From NCBI GenBank assembly GCA_949297125.1, contig CASFRS010000013.1, positions 822 through 64,821 on the forward strand: a stretch of 64,000 nucleotides of DNA, read 5' to 3'. A model generated the notes under the pieces. That model had not been told where the DNA came from, did no database searches, and was given only the letters and a program-made list of their open reading frames with translations. Positions 10,008 to 18,518 of this stretch are shown piece after piece (the stretch's first letter is position 1; each line of letters opens with the position of its first letter). A program made the position numbers and the translations under genes. The DNA is from an uncultured Bacteroidales bacterium (GTDB lineage: Bacteria; Bacteroidota; Bacteroidia; Bacteroidales; G3-4614).

Positions 10008-13000
10008 ATCGTTTTTTCAGTCGTTTTCCGGTTTTTCTTTTCCGTCAGTATGTAGACTGCCGGAATTATGTATATGTTCAGCAGCGTAGAGGTGAGAAGC
10101 CCCCCGAGTATTACTTTTGCCATTGGACTCTGTATCTCGTTGCCGGGAAGGTCGCCGGCCACCGCAAGGGGTATCAGGGCGAGAGCCGATGTCAGCGCCG
10201 TCATCATTATGGGGTTGAGACGGTCGGCCGAGCCTTGCATTACGGTTTGCCGCAGCGTTCTCCCCCCCTCGGCCTGCAAGTGGTTGTACCTGTCCACCAA
10301 CAGTATGCCGTTGCGGGTGGCTATCCCGAACAGGGATATGAACCCTATTATGGCGGGAATGCTTATAATCCCGTCGAAGAGTTTGAGGGTGAGGACCCCG
10401 CCTATAAGGGCAAGGGGCAGGTTTATCATTACTATTCCAGCCTGGCGCAACGTACCGAACTGCTTGTAAAGGAGCATGAATATTACAAGCATCGATATGA
10501 GCGACATTATGGAAAGACGGCGGCTGGCTTCAGCCTCGCTCTCGAATTGCCCGCCGTACTCAATATGATACCCTTCGGGCAGGAGGATAGAAGACTCTAT
10601 CTTCTCCTTTATCCTGTCCACACCGCTGCTTACTCCCCCTTCGGCTATATTGGCCGAAACGACTATCTTGCGCTCGGCATTTTCGCGGTTTATCGTATTG
10701 GGCCCCGATGCCGACGTAATGTCGGCAACCTCGTACAGGGGAATCTTGCCGTCGGAGGTATCAATCATCATGTTCCTTATGGCGTCCATGCTGTTACGGC
10801 TCGCATCGTCGAGTTTTAGGGTTACGTCGTATGTATTGTTGCCGTCATATACCTGCGATACCGCGACACCTGCCAACAGGACGGTTATGTCGTCGGAAAG
10901 CATACGGGGCGTTATGCCGTAACGCGCCATCATCTCCCTCTTGGGCGTTATCTTGAGTTGCGGCCGCTCTATCTGCTGCTCCACGTTTACGTCAACCACA
11001 CCGGGTATTCCGGATATTTCCCGTTTTATCTTCTGGCCTATTTCATGCATCTTGTTCAGGTTGCTGCCGAAAACCTTTATCGCTATGTTGGATTGGGTCC
11101 CGGACAACATGGCATCGATACGGTGTGATATGGGCTGCCCTATCTCTATGTTTACCCCCGGTATTACGGAGAGTTTCTGACGTACCTCTTTTATGACCTG
11201 GTCCTTGCTGCGGCCGTCGAGTGTAAACGGGGCTTCTATCTCGGAAGTGTTCACCCCGAGGGCATGCTCATCCAGTTCGGCGCGGCCAGTTTTACGGGCT
11301 ACGCTGTTGATTTCGGGAACGGTCATCAGAATCTCTTCGGCCAGCCTCCCTATCTTGTCGCTCTCTTCAAGCGAAAGCCCGGGCAAGGCGCTTATGTTTA
11401 TGGTAAACGAGCCTTCGTTGAACGAGGGCAGGAAATTCCTTCCCATCGTAAAGATTGTAACCACCGATACTGCAAAAAGGAGCACGGCTGCCATTATTAT
11501 GCTTTTGGCATGGTTCAGCGCCCATGTGAGGGAAGTCTTGTACAGGACTGCAAGATGCCTGGAAAAAGGGGGTTCCTTTATATCGGCCACGGAGCCTTCG
11601 CGCTTAAGCAGATAACTGCTCAATACCGGCGTAAGGGTAAGGGCTATTATGGTGGAGGCGAACAGGGAAACGATAAAGGAAGTACCCAGAGGCACAAGCA
11701 TCCTGCCTTCTATGCCGGACAGGAAAAAGAGCGGCAGGAACGACACGACTATTATGAACGTCGAGTTGAGTATGGGCAGGCGTACCTCTTTAGAAGCCTC
11801 GTATATTACCTGCATGTACGGCATTTTCCGCCCTTCGGGCAACACGGCGTTTTTGCGCAGGTGCTTGTATACGTTCTCCACATCCACTATCGCATCGTCT
11901 ACCAGCGAACCTATGGCTATGGCCATTCCTCCTATGCTCATGGTGTTTATGGTAAGCCCCATGAGTTTCAGCACAAGTATGGTGATTATCAGCGACAGGG
12001 GAATGGTTACCAGCGATATGGCCGTTATCCGGATATTCATAAGGAAGAGGAGCAGTATGACGATTACGAAAAAAGCCCCCTCGTACAGAGATTTCTTTAT
12101 ATTGTCGATAGAGTTGTCGATAAAGTCGGACTGCCGGAATATGTCGGTGCGCATTTCTATCCCTGCCGGGAGGTTGTCCTGCATCGCTTCAAGAGTCCGG
12201 TCTATTTTGTCGGTCAGTTCGATTGTGCCGGCTTCGGGCTGCTTGGTTACCGTAAGCAGTACGGCCTGCTTCCCGCAGGTGGAGGCTACGCCGAGTTTCG
12301 GGGACTTTTCCCCCACGCGCACTTCCGATATGTCGGAAAGGTGTATGTGCCCGTCGGAAGTCCGTTTTACCACGGTAGCCGCCAAATCGTCGGGGGAGAG
12401 TGTTGTAATAGCCCCCCGGATTATGTATTCGTTGCCGTACTGGTAAAGGATTCCGCCGTTGGCGTTGTCATTGATGCCCTGCACCTTGTCAAGCACCTCG
12501 GCAAGGGTTATTCCGTAATATTTCAATTTCCACGGGTGCAGCAGTATCTGGTACTCCTTTATGCCGCCCCCTATTACGGAGACCTGCGCTACGCCGCCTA
12601 TCGACATAAGCCGGGGTCGGAGCGTAAAATCGGCTGTTGCGCGAAGTTCGTCGAGCGGTATGGTATCGGACGTAAGGGATATTATCATTATCTCGCCGAG
12701 TATGGAAGTTTGGGGCCCCATTGTGGGTACGCCTGCCGCTTGCGGCAGTTCGCCGGCTACGGCGGAGAGTTTTTCGGAAACTATCTGCCGGGCACGGTAT
12801 ATGTCCTCCCCCCAATCGAACTCCACCCATACTATGGAAAAGCCCGTGGTTGAAGTGGAACGGACACGCCGGACACCCGAAGCTCCGTTTACGGCGGTTT
12901 CTACAGGGAAGGTAATAAGGCGCTCTACTTCCTCGGGAGCGAACCCTGCGGCTTCGGTCATAACCACAACGGTTGGGGCGTTTAGGTCGGGGAATACATC

Positions 13001-13108
13001 AACTTCCATATTGCGGGCGGTATATATGCCGGCAATAAGCAACAACAGGAATCCGAGTATTACGGAGAACCGGTTGTCGAGAGAGAATCGGATTATTTTG
13101 TTAAGCAT
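10004..13108 (-). CDS. CusA/CzcA-family heavy-metal efflux RND transporter
   Basis: 1034 aa, MLNKIIRFSLDNRF…, 12-TM RND layout with HME-type motifs (…AIGSLVDDAIVDVENV…). Confidence 0.92.
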   Translation of the reverse strand: MLNKIIRFSLDNRFSVILGFLLLLIAGIYTARNMEVDVFPDLNAPTVVVMTEAAGFAPEEVERLITFPVETAVNGASGVRRVRSTSTTGFSIVWVEFDWGEDIYRARQIVSEKLSAVAGELPQAAGVPTMGPQTSILGEIMIISLTSDTIPLDELRATADFTLRPRLMSIGGVAQVSVIGGGIKEYQILLHPWKLKYYGITLAEVLDKVQGINDNANGGILYQYGNEYIIRGAITTLSPDDLAATVVKRTSDGHIHLSDISEVRVGEKSPKLGVASTCGKQAVLLTVTKQPEAGTIELTDKIDRTLEAMQDNLPAGIEMRTDIFRQSDFIDNSIDNIKKSLYEGAFFVIVILLLFLMNIRITAISLVTIPLSLIITILVLKLMGLTINTMSIGGMAIAIGSLVDDAIVDVENVYKHLRKNAVLPEGRKMPYMQVIYEASKEVRLPILNSTFIIVVSFLPLFFLSGIEGRMLVPLGTSFIVSLFASTIIALTLTPVLSSYLLKREGSVADIKEPPFSRHLAVLYKTSLTWALNHAKSIIMAAVLLFAVSVVTIFTMGRNFLPSFNEGSFTINISALPGLSLEESDKIGRLAEEILMTVPEINSVARKTGRAELDEHALGVNTSEIEAPFTLDGRSKDQVIKEVRQKLSVIPGVNIEIGQPISHRIDAMLSGTQSNIAIKVFGSNLNKMHEIGQKIKREISGIPGVVDVNVEQQIERPQLKITPKREMMARYGITPRMLSDDITVLLAGVAVSQVYDGNNTYDVTLKLDDASRNSMDAIRNMMIDTSDGKIPLYEVADITSASGPNTINRENAERKIVVSANIAEGGVSSGVDRIKEKIESSILLPEGYHIEYGGQFESEAEASRRLSIMSLISMLVIFMLLYKQFGTLRQAGIVMINLPLALIGGVLTLKLFDGIISIPAIIGFISLFGIATRNGILLVDRYNHLQAEGGRTLRQTVMQGSADRLNPIMMTALTSALALIPLAVAGDLPGNEIQSPMAKVILGGLLTSTLLNIYIIPAVYILTEKKNRKTTEKTI

Positions 13109-13123
13109 GGCGGTAATCTTTGG

Positions 13124-14266
13124 TTAGTGAGAATGCGTATGTCCTTCGGGAATCACGTTGCCATGGGCCGCCTGCTTCAACTGGTGTACGCCGTCGGTTA
13201 CCACCTCGTCGCCGGGCTTTATGCCCGAGAGTATTTCTATGCGCTCCCCGTCGCTGCCACCCGTAGTTACCTGGCTGCGGCAATAGATGTCGTCGTGCCT
13301 GCGCAGATAGAGGTAATATACGCCGCTTTCTTCTACAAGGGCTTTCTCCGGAACGGTTACCGCATCCTTCTTTTCGCCTGTAAGCAGATAGATTTCGGCG
13401 TATGTGCCGGGAAGTATCTCGCCGTTGTTGTCGAAGCGGAATGTTACGGGCAGATAATTGCTTTGCGGCGTGGAAACCCTGCCGTAAGTTGCAAGGCGCC
13501 CGTTCATTTCGGCAAGCTTGTAGGTTGTATCATCGTACGGAATACGGAAATTGGCGCTTTTTACTTTTGAGAGCCTGCGGTAATGGTCTTTTTCAACTTC
13601 GGCCTGCAGGAGGAGCGTCCTGTTCCGGGAGAGGATTGCAAGCGATGCCCCCTCCTGTACGTAACCGCCGTTGGGTACTGTTATGTTTGAAAGATAACCT
13701 GCAACAGGCGCACTTACGGATGCGCCGGAAAGGGTATCGTCCGTAGCATTGCCGCCTACTGCCCCGTATGCGGCTTTTGCGTTACGGTAATTCAGTTCGG
13801 CCTGTTCGTATTCGGCTGCCGTTATAAGTTTTTCGGCCTTAAGCGAGACGGCACGCCGGTACTGCGATTCTGCCGCCTTGTATGCCGCCCGTATCTTGTA
13901 TGCGGCATCGCCGCTGCCTACCGAACTGGAAGAGAGAGTAAAGAGAGGTTCGCCGGCAGAGGCCTTATACCCGTCGGCAAGGAGAGGGTTTTCGTATGTT
14001 ACTATGCCGGTTGCCGGCGCTATTATTTCACATGCATCGTCGGGTGCGGAGATAATGCTGCCGCCGCACTTGATTACTTCCGCAAAAGGTGCAGCGGTTA
14101 CTTTCTCGGTCTTCAACCCTGCATTGGAGGCCTGCTGCGGCGTAAAGCGGATTTCGCCCTCGGCGAGATGGTCGGTATGCGTATCTTTCTGTGTGTGCGG
14201 GGTATGCGAGCATCCTGCCGCAAATACTGATGCTATTATTATTGCTGTATATTTTCCGGTATTCAT
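13124..14266 (-). CDS. efflux RND periplasmic adaptor (CzcB/CusB-like) lipoprotein
   Basis: 380 aa with lipobox SVFAAGC. HlyD/MFP pattern. His-rich N-terminus (HTPHTQKDTHTDH) and C-terminus (HGNVIPEGHTHSH). Confidence 0.88.
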   Translation of the reverse strand: MNTGKYTAIIIASVFAAGCSHTPHTQKDTHTDHLAEGEIRFTPQQASNAGLKTEKVTAAPFAEVIKCGGSIISAPDDACEIIAPATGIVTYENPLLADGYKASAGEPLFTLSSSSVGSGDAAYKIRAAYKAAESQYRRAVSLKAEKLITAAEYEQAELNYRNAKAAYGAVGGNATDDTLSGASVSAPVAGYLSNITVPNGGYVQEGASLAILSRNRTLLLQAEVEKDHYRRLSKVKSANFRIPYDDTTYKLAEMNGRLATYGRVSTPQSNYLPVTFRFDNNGEILPGTYAEIYLLTGEKKDAVTVPEKALVEESGVYYLYLRRHDDIYCRSQVTTGGSDGERIEILSGIKPGDEVVTDGVHQLKQAAHGNVIPEGHTHSH

Positions 14267-14365
14267 GTTACATGTAAGGATTTGGCCGATGTTTCGCGTC
14301 GGCTGTTGTCGGTTTATTGCCTAAACTGTATTTGCGGCATGGCTGGTTGCCGCGACAAAGGTTTG

Positions 14366-14794
14366 TCATGCAACATGCGGCGGTGCACGCAAGAGCGGGA
14401 GGGGTTGCGGATACGGGGCCCTGTACGGCGAACACTCTTGCAAGGCGTCATGTTCTGCCGGCTGTACGCAGGGTTGCGGAATACACGCATCGGGCATGAT
14501 AGCCTCAAGCGGCATTTGCTGGCCGAAGGAGGCTGAATCCTGACGCTGCTGCGCCGAGAGCGTAAGCATCACTGCATTGAAAGAGCAATCCTCCTCCCCT
14601 TCGCCGTGGTGATGCGAAACCGCCCGGTCTTCCTGGCTGCCACCATGCTCCGGATTGTCGCAACAGTCGTGCATTAGCACGGCCTCGAGGCATACAGCCC
14701 CGCCATGGTGATGGTGCACATGCGACAACAGCGACGCCCCTATATAGGCTGTAGCTACGGCAAGGCTGAACAATATGGAAACCAGCTTCTGCAT
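14366..14794 (-). CDS. hypothetical exported His/Cys-rich protein (candidate metal-binding protein)
   Basis: ATG at 14794 gives MQKLVSILFSLAVATAYIGASLLSHVHHHHGG…DCCDNPEHGG…SHHHGEGEEDC. It has a hydrophobic N-terminus and is the first gene of the efflux operon. The tracked start at 14806 is a TTG lying inside the -7 box. Confidence 0.5.
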   Translation of the reverse strand: MQKLVSILFSLAVATAYIGASLLSHVHHHHGGAVCLEAVLMHDCCDNPEHGGSQEDRAVSHHHGEGEEDCSFNAVMLTLSAQQRQDSASFGQQMPLEAIMPDACIPQPCVQPAEHDALQECSPYRAPYPQPLPLLRAPPHVA

Positions 14795-14803
14795 TTGTTC
14801 CGG

Positions 14804-14811
14804 CAAAGTTA
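14804..14811 (-). promoter_or_regulatory. -7 box TAACTTTG for the metal efflux operon
   Basis: rc of caaagtta. It ends 10 nt upstream of ATG 14794, implying a very short 5' UTR. Confidence 0.45.
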
Positions 14812-15506
14812 ATGTTTTTTGAGACTATTTCAAAACAGGGTGTGCCGGTTTTGCCCGGTTCCGCACGCATACGCCGGCAGTGTGAAATGCGGTACGGCCG
14901 GAGCAATACGGGGCAGATACCCACTTTATGGTATGCCGGTGCCTTTTTTACCTATTTCATGGGGTTGCCGGGGGTGCAGGAGGCTTGTATTTTTGCATCG
15001 GTTACAGGTTTCCCGTAGCCGAATTGCTCTTTGTTGTGCTTTTCTTCTTCTTTATTATATTTTGTGTTGCGCAGTTGCAGCTGCGTTTATGTAAATGGAG
15101 CGGTATCGGGGAGTATCTTTTCAGACTTTGCGTGCAAAGGGTGCATTTCCGGGGAAGAGACGGATTGCCACATGTCCGGCTCTTTGCAGGTACTCCCCGA
15201 TGCCGCGACTTTTCTTATGATACGGGCGTGCCTGTCTTGCGAAGGATATTATTCTCGTTTTTACAGTACTAATACACATCTGCTCTCGTTTTGTGAATAA
15301 TGTTTATGCTGCGCGGTTCGGCTTGCGGAGGGTCTCCCCTTCCGGCCGCCGCACGGCATTGCCCGCATATTGCCGCCTCCGACGGCGGAATGTCTGCCGT
15401 TTTCTTTGAAATAAGGTTATTTTTTATTTATATTGTAATCCTCAATAGGCGGTACGCCGTACCGACAGTTTTTTGTTATGGTTTTTATTCAGGAAAGGGG
15501 ATTGTC

Positions 15507-16367
15507 ATGAGTTCTACAAGGTTTAATTTCACGGGGGCGGCAGCTTTCTTTTTCGTGCTGCTGCTTATGCCGCTGGGTCATGCGGCCATGATTCTGATGG
15601 AGCATTTTTTGCAGGGCACTGAACTGAACCTGGCTGCATTCCTGCTCGGCGCAGCCGGTCTCGGGATTGCCGCTGCCGGCTCGAAAATGAAAAAAGACAG
15701 CCGCGCCACCATTTGCGGTTTCATCGGCGGGATTATGGTCTGGACGGGATGGATTGAATTCTGCTACGTCTATTTTGCAAACAGATTCGGCATAGATCCC
15801 GTTATTTATGACGGCGAGGTGGCGACCAAGCCTGAATACCTGCTGCTGATGTCGTCGGCAGGCTTCTGGGGCATTATAACGGCGCTGTACACCTTCCGCC
15901 TTAAAACGGGGTGCAGTTTTTATTCATGGCTTCAGAAGGTGTTGGGAATAAGGTGGGGCGATACGGCAGAACGGAGTATTGTAATGAACAAGTCGTTCAC
16001 CACATTCATGGAGACCAACATGATATTGTGGACGTGCTACCTGCTCCTTATGTTCGCCTATGACGACACGTTTCTCGGCGACAGGCATCCGGTTACAATC
16101 ATAATAGCCTTTGCCTGTCTGGTCTGGTCGATATGGCTGTTCTCGAGACTCGTAAAAATAAGGGAGATGGGATACGCCGTAAGATACGCCATACCTACGG
16201 TTGTCATATTCTGGAACTTCGTGGAGGTTATGGGGCGTATAGGCATTATGGACGAGATATGGACAAACCCTATAGAGTACAGGTTCGAGATGTCGATGAT
16301 GGCTGTTGCTGCTGTCATCCTGCTGGGTGCTATTATTTTTAAACGGAGCAACAGGAAACGGGGATAG
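15507..16367 (+). CDS. hypothetical polytopic membrane protein
   Basis: ATG at 15507 (MSSTRFNFTGAAAFFFVLLLMPLG…). About 7 hydrophobic segments and Trp/Phe-rich. I recognise no family. The upstream part of the tracked ORF (15300-15506) looks non-coding. Confidence 0.6.
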   Translation: MSSTRFNFTGAAAFFFVLLLMPLGHAAMILMEHFLQGTELNLAAFLLGAAGLGIAAAGSKMKKDSRATICGFIGGIMVWTGWIEFCYVYFANRFGIDPVIYDGEVATKPEYLLLMSSAGFWGIITALYTFRLKTGCSFYSWLQKVLGIRWGDTAERSIVMNKSFTTFMETNMILWTCYLLLMFAYDDTFLGDRHPVTIIIAFACLVWSIWLFSRLVKIREMGYAVRYAIPTVVIFWNFVEVMGRIGIMDEIWTNPIEYRFEMSMMAVAAVILLGAIIFKRSNRKRG

Positions 16368-16410
16368 ACACCCTCCCGGACTGTTGCGCATATTGCTTTT
16401 TTGAATTGAC

Positions 16411-17118
16411 ATGTACAGAGTTGGATCTTTTCTGGCCGATGACCTGATGAGCGACCTGATTTGCGCCGATTACCCGATGCTGCTGGTATTGAGCCGCTTC
16501 GGCATCCCTTTGGGATTCGGGGACAAGAGCATCGGCGAAGTATGCGCGATGAACGGTATAGATACCGACACGTTTCTGGCCGTTGTGAACTTGCTGGCAA
16601 CCGACGAGGATGAGACTCCGGATATAAAAAATTCGGGGGATATTTCCGTTCCGGCGATTGTTTCATATTTGAGAAACTCGCACAGTTATTTTCTCGGGTT
16701 CAGGCTTCCGCTTATAAAAAGGAAACTGATTGAAGCCATGGACTACTCGGAAGGGAACGAGATTGCCCAGGTCATTATCCGTTATTTCGACGAGTACGTG
16801 GCCGAAGTGAGGAAACATATGCTGTACGAGGAAGAGACGGTTTTCCCTTATGTGGAGGCCTTGCTGGAAGGCAGGAGCGCGGGGAACGGGTACAATATAG
16901 GTATTTTCGGGAAACAGCACGACAGGGTAGAGTCAAAACTGTCGGAGCTGAAAAATATCATAATAAAGTATTACCCTGCCAAAAGCAGCAACGAACTCAA
17001 TTCGGCTCTTTTCGACATTTTTGCCTGCGCGGACGATCTTGCCTCGCACAACAGAATTGAAGATTGCCTGTTCGTTCCCGTTATCAGGGATATGGAACTT
17101 AATGCAAATATAGGGTAA
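16411..17118 (+). CDS. hemerythrin-domain protein, RIC/ScdA-like di-iron family
   Basis: 235 aa. Contains HMLYEEETVFPYV and HNRIEDCLFVPVI (compare HM.KEE..LFP and H..iE…lfP of the YtfE/ScdA hemerythrin domain). The N-terminal region resembles ScdA_N but lacks the CC motif. Confidence 0.7.
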   Translation: MYRVGSFLADDLMSDLICADYPMLLVLSRFGIPLGFGDKSIGEVCAMNGIDTDTFLAVVNLLATDEDETPDIKNSGDISVPAIVSYLRNSHSYFLGFRLPLIKRKLIEAMDYSEGNEIAQVIIRYFDEYVAEVRKHMLYEEETVFPYVEALLEGRSAGNGYNIGIFGKQHDRVESKLSELKNIIIKYYPAKSSNELNSALFDIFACADDLASHNRIEDCLFVPVIRDMELNANIG

Positions 17119-17732
17119 TGGGAAGAAGGATACATATTGTCATTGCCGAGCCGTCGGTCATTATCCGCTCGGGACTCCTGGCGGTACTGAAAGGGATACA
17201 GTCGTTGAACGCGGATATTGCAGAGGTAGGCTCCGTATCGGCGCTTCCCACCCAACTCAGGAAATACCGCCCGGATATACTTATTGTCAACCCTACGCAA
17301 CTCGGGGCTTTTTCCCTTGCGCAAATAAAGAGCGAGGCCGGGATGCCCGGGCTCAGGGTAATCGCACTGCTGCTGTCGCTTGTAAACACGGATATCCTGA
17401 ACCAATACGACGAGCATTTTTCAGTAAATGACTCGCCCGAGACAATCAGGACGAAACTTTCGGGCATAGTGCACGGAAACGACAGAAAAGAGGTGCGCCA
17501 GGAATTGAGCGCACGCGAAAAGGAGATTATAGGGTGTGTGGTAAGGGGTATGACCAACAAACAGATTGCCGAACTGCTTTGCCTTTCTACGCATACGATT
17601 ATGACGCACCGGCGTAATATTGCCAACAAACTGCAGATTCACAGCTCGGCAGGACTGACAATATACGCAATAGTAAACAAACTTGTAGAGATAAACGATA
17701 TTAAGGATGCCGTCCTTTCGGACGAAACTTGA
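17118..17732 (+). CDS. LuxR/GerE-family transcriptional regulator with degenerate (pseudo-)receiver domain
   Basis: 204 aa. The start overlaps the upstream stop (TAATG). C-terminal GerE HTH (LSAREKEIIGCVVRGMTNKQIAELLCLSTHTIMTHRRNI). The N-terminal CheY-like fold lacks the acidic pair and the phospho-acceptor Asp. Confidence 0.8.
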   Translation: MGRRIHIVIAEPSVIIRSGLLAVLKGIQSLNADIAEVGSVSALPTQLRKYRPDILIVNPTQLGAFSLAQIKSEAGMPGLRVIALLLSLVNTDILNQYDEHFSVNDSPETIRTKLSGIVHGNDRKEVRQELSAREKEIIGCVVRGMTNKQIAELLCLSTHTIMTHRRNIANKLQIHSSAGLTIYAIVNKLVEINDIKDAVLSDET

Positions 17733-17840
17733 TGCGCTACCGACGCATGCATCATCATCGGGTTTACGGGAGTAACTGCTTGTGCGTTACTGTCCATGGG
17801 ACGCAGGAATGCCGAAAATATCCCCCCCGTTATAAGAAAA

Positions 17841-17872
17841 GGACTTTGCCGCTATCTGGCAAAGTCCTTTTT
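17841..17872. terminator. rho-independent terminator (bidirectional)
   Basis: aagaaaaGGACTTTGCCgctatctGGCAAAGTCCttttt: a perfect 10-bp stem flanked by an A-run and a T-run. It sits between the LuxR gene and the 3' end of tRNA-Ser. Confidence 0.8.
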
Positions 17873-17878
17873 CCGTTG

Positions 17879-17965
17879 CGGAAAGAGAGGGATTCGAACC
17901 CTCGGTACCCGTAAGGGTACAACGGTTTTCGAGACCGTCCCAATCGTCCACTCTGGCATCTTTCC
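17879..17965 (-). tRNA. tRNA-Ser (anticodon CGA)
   Basis: rc reads GGAAAGATGCCAGAGTGGACGATTGGGACGGTCTCGAAAACCGTTGTACCCTTACGGGTACCGAGGGTTCGAATCCCTCTCTTTCCG. It has a 7-bp acceptor stem, anticodon loop CT-CGA-AA, a long variable arm and a GGTTCGAATCC T-loop. CCA is not encoded. Confidence 0.93.
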
Positions 17966-18347
17966 TTAATTAATCCCTTGCATATCGCCAACGAGCATTT
18001 TTCCGCCCCTCTATCACTGCCTCTTCAAGACTTCCTCTCCTCTCAAATTGTTTCATGCTCCACGCTTTCGGCTTTCCGGTACGCTTTTAAATATTGTACT
18101 ATCCTACATCTATTTTGGTATCCGGCGTCGCGGGCCGGGATAAACCCTGCCCGAAAGGCTGCACAACTCTTTTCCGTAAAAATAACGGAAGAGGTTTGTC
18201 CGTCTCTCTGTATTATGTCTATGCCCTTGCTCCTCTCGCGGCTTTCATAACCGCTCCTGTCTTCTCCGCCGTGGCTTTTTCATGTACCGGGCCACAGTCT
18301 TGGTTTAAATGTCCACCGACATTCAAGGGATTCTTTTAAAAACGGTG

Positions 18348-18365
18348 CAAAGATAGTCAAAGTTA
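18348..18365 (-). promoter_or_regulatory. two tandem -7-like boxes (TATCTTTG, TAACTTTG) facing tRNA-Ser
   Basis: rc of caaagata (18348-18355) and caaagtta (18358-18365). There is no ORF of 60 aa or more on the minus strand between here and the tRNA. Confidence 0.35.
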
Positions 18366-18518
18366 CAGTAAAAACAAAAACTATCGGATTTTTTTATTCT
18401 GTTTATTTCCCGGCTCTCCTAAAAGCCGTATTTTTTCCGGACAGTGCTGCTTGCATAAGGTGCGGAAATGATTTGCCGGTTTTGTTTTTTGGTTATTTTT
18501 ACTGCAAATTTCAAGGTT

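Noticed and set aside
14505-14924. Alternative 139-aa minus-strand ORF overlapping the His-rich ORF in another frame
   Set aside because: It is Arg/Gly/Pro-rich junk with no signal or motif. It would also start beyond the -7 box.
17841-17965. tRNA-Ser as an integration hotspot, suggesting the adjacent hemerythrin/LuxR cluster is a genomic island
   Set aside because: I saw no integrase, no duplicated tRNA 3'-end direct repeat and no mobility genes in the window. The flank next to the tRNA 3' end is a normal terminator.
17966-18340. RNase P RNA, tmRNA or SRP RNA in the ORF-free region
   Set aside because: The universal motifs are absent on both strands by eye: GGAAAGTCC for RNase P, a tRNA-like GGTTCGA…CCA 3' end for tmRNA, and the domain IV GGAA/AGCA for SRP RNA. 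An ACAGAGAG string is too short to count.
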